The notes under the pieces were generated by a model. It ran no database searches, was not told the DNA's origin, and was given only the letters and a program-made list of their open reading frames with translations. DNA of 63,684 nucleotides, the filler included, from Phoronis australis (Eukaryota > Animalia > Phoronida): NCBI GenBank assembly GCA_002633005.1. It is 6 parts of 6 records of this genome, joined end to end, with 100 filler letters (N's around TTAATTAATTAA, not from the genome) between each part and the next. Parts side by side here need not be neighbours in the genome. Positions count along the whole stretch, not along the records: positions 60,811 to 63,684 come from NMRA01001123.1; 5 more parts are not named here. One strand, written 5' to 3'. This document shows positions 60,811 to 63,684 of the stretch, one piece after another. Both the position numbers and the translations under genes were made by a program. Every line of letters starts with the position of its first letter. Within the stretch, counting starts at the first letter, position 1.

Positions 60811-63684
60811 ATTTTTTCATTTGGCCATCAGTCAATATAGACCTGCCCATTTTTCATTTGGCTATCAGCCGATATGAACCTGTCCATTTTTTCATTAGTC
60901 AATCAGTCGATACGAACCTGCCCATTTTTTCATTAGGCCATCACTCGATATGAACCTGTCCATTTTTTCATTAGTACATCAGTCGATACGGACCTCCCAA
61001 TTTTTTCATTAAGCCATCAGTCGATATGGACCTGTCCTTATTTATAAGGTTATCAGTCAATACGGACCTATCCATTTTTTCATTAGGCCATCAGTCGATA
61101 TATACTTGTCTATTTTTTCATTAGTCCATCAGTCGATACGTACCTGCCAATTTTTTCATTAAGCCATCAGTTGATATGGACCTGGCCTTTTTTATTAGAC
61201 CATCAGTCAATACGGACCTGAACATTTTTTAGTTTAAGCAGACCTACACTTTTTATTCATTATGCCATCAGTCGATACGGACCTGTCCATCTTTCAGTAG
61301 GCCATCAGTCGATATGTACCTCTCCTTTTTTATTAGACCATTAGTCAATACGGACCTGTCCATTTTTTCAGTAAGCAATGAGTCAATACGGATCTGCCTA
61401 TTTTTTCATTAGCCCATTAGTATAAGAGGACCTGTACATTTTTTCATTAGGCCACTGTGCGAACCTGCCCATTTTAAATTAGGCCATTAGTTTAAGCAGA
61501 CCTACACTTTTTATTCCTTATGCCATCAGTCGGTACGGACCTGTCCATTTTTCAGTAGGCCATCGCTTGATACGGACCTGTTCATTTTTTCATTTGGCCA
61601 TCAGTCAATATAGACCTGCCCATTTTTCATTTGGCTATCAGTCGATATGAACCTGTCCATTTTTTCATTAGTCCATCAGTCGATACGAACCTGCCCATTT
61701 TTTCATTAGTCCATCAGTCGATATGGATGTGCCCAATTTTTCATTGGGCCATCAGTCGATTTGGACCTGTCAATTTTTATTACTCCCTCAGTCGATACGG
61801 AGCTGCCCATTTAATCATTAGGCCATCAGTCAATATGTACCTGTCCATTTTTTCATTACTCCATCAGTCGATACTGACCTGCCCATCTTTTCATTAGTCC
61901 ATCAGTTGATACGGACCTGGCATTTTTTTCATTAGGCCATCAGTCGATATGGACCTGTCTATTTTCTCATTAGGCCATCAGTCGATGTGGCCCTGTCAAT
62001 ATTTTCATTAGTCCATCAGTCGATACGGACCTTCTGTTTTTTCATTAGGTCATCGGTCAATACGGACCTGCCCATTTTTTCAATAGGCGATTAGTCAAAC
62101 CTGACCTGCCTAATTTTTCATTAGGCCATCAGTCGATATGGACCTGTCAATTTTTTTCTTTAGGCCATCAGTCGATACGGATCTGCTCATTTTTTCATTA
62201 AGCCATCAGTTGATATGGACCTGGCCTTTTTATTAGACCATCAGTCAATACGGACCTGAACATTTTTTAGTTTAAGTAGACCTGCACTTTTTATTCATTA
62301 TGCCATCAGTCGATACGGACCTTCCCATTTTTTCATTAGTCCATCAGTCGATATGGATGTGCCCAATTTTTCATTGGGCCATCAGTCGATATGGACCTGT
62401 CCTTTCTATTAGACCATTAGTCAATATGGACCTGTCCATTTTTTCATTAGGCAATCAGTCAATACGGATCTGCCTTTTCTTTCATTAGCCCATTAGTAAA
62501 AGAGGACCTGTCCATTTTTTCATTGGGCCACTGTGCGGACCTGCCCATATTAAATTAGGCCATTAGTCAAAATAGATCTACCTTTTTTCATTATGTCATC
62601 AGTCGATACGGACCTGTCCATTTTTCAGTAGGCCATGAGTCCATACAGTCCTGCCAATATTTTCATTAGGCCATCAATCGATACGGACTTGTCCATTTTT
62701 TGTTCGGCCATCAGACGGTTAGGACCTGTTCATTTTTTCATTAGACCATCAGTCAATATAGACCTGCCCATTTTTCATTAGGCCATCAGTCGATATGTAG
62801 CTGTGCATTTTTTCATTAGTCCATCAGTCGATTCGGACCTGCCCATTTTTTCATTAGTCCATCAGTCGATATGGACCTGGCATTTTTTTCATTAGGCTAT
62901 CAGTCGATATGGACCTGTCCATTTTTTTATTAGTCCATCAGTCGATACGGACTTGCCCATTTTTTTCATTAGGCCATCAGTCGATATGTACCTGTCCATT
63001 TTTTCATTAGTCCATCAGTCGATACTGACCTGCCCATTTTTTCATTAGTCCATCAGTCGATACGGACCTGGCATTTTTTTCATTAGGCAATCAGTCGATA
63101 TGGACCTGTCTATTTTTCAATAATCCATTAGTTAAAACTGACCTGCCCAATTTTTCATTACAGGTAGGCCATCAGTCGATATGGACCTCTCAATTTTCTC
63201 ATTAGGCCATCAGTCGATATGGCGCTGTCAATATGTTCATTAGGCCATCAGTCGATATGGACCTGTCAATTTTCTCATTAGGCCATCAGTCGATATGGCC
63301 CTGTCAATATTTTCATTAGTCCATCAGTCGATACGGACCTTCTGTTTTTTCATTAGGTCATCGGTCAATACGGACCTGCCCATTTTTTCAATAGGTGATT
63401 AGTCAAACCTGACCTGCCTAATTTTTCATTAGGCCATCAGTCGATATGGACCTGTCAATTTTTTTCTTTAGGCCATCAGTCGATACGGATCTGCTCATTT
63501 TTTCATTAAGCCATCAGTCGATACGGACCTGCCCATTTTTTCAATAGGCGATTAGTCAAACCTGACCTGCCTAATTTTTCATTAGGCCATCAGTCGATAT
63601 GGACCTGTCAATTTTTTTCTTTAGGCCATCAGTCGATACGGATCTGCTCATTTTTTCATTAAGCCATCAGTTGATATGGACCTG
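60811..63684. repeat. ~38-39 bp satellite array with higher-order duplications, runs off the window
   Basis: Consensus ATTAGGCCATCAGTCGATATGGACCTGTCCATTTTTTC, roughly 75 diverged units. Confidence 0.97.

Noticed and set aside
60811-63684. CRISPR-like array or repeat-protein ORFs (61631, 62300)
   Set aside because: Head-to-tail satellite without spacers; ORFs are incidental

Overview
Eukaryotic (animal, probably marine invertebrate; inferred from spliced genes and TE families) draft-assembly window made of several contigs joined by artificial N44-TTAATTAATTAA-N44 linkers and single-N joins. Positions 1-19.2 kb are a dense nest of decayed transposons: a near-complete but defective BEL/Pao LTR element, a second deleted BEL element carrying a Copia-like gag fragment, a Sola3-like exon, THAP and SWIM/YqaJ remnants, a TIR/TSD-intact internally deleted PIF/Harbinger, piggyBac, KolobokP-type, Gypsy integrase and a Helentron-like repeat. 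Every single-orientation coding fragment in this nest lies on the minus strand, which suggests a uni-strand piRNA-cluster-like locus. Host genes: two USP24 exons (one with its splice acceptor amplified 7x by a 49-bp tandem repeat), a 387+ aa intronless ORF with a TPR-like C-terminus, a terminal discoidin (F5/8 type C) exon, WSC, EGF and TM exons of a probable membrane protein, and a complete 4-exon TTC36 gene whose introns 1 and 2 carry two paralogous H/ACA-snoRNA-like elements. The rest is MITEs (CWG-TSD Harbinger type; hAT-like with 5-bp TSD), a microsatellite and a ~38-bp satellite array at the end. All calls are from manual reading; no searches were run.
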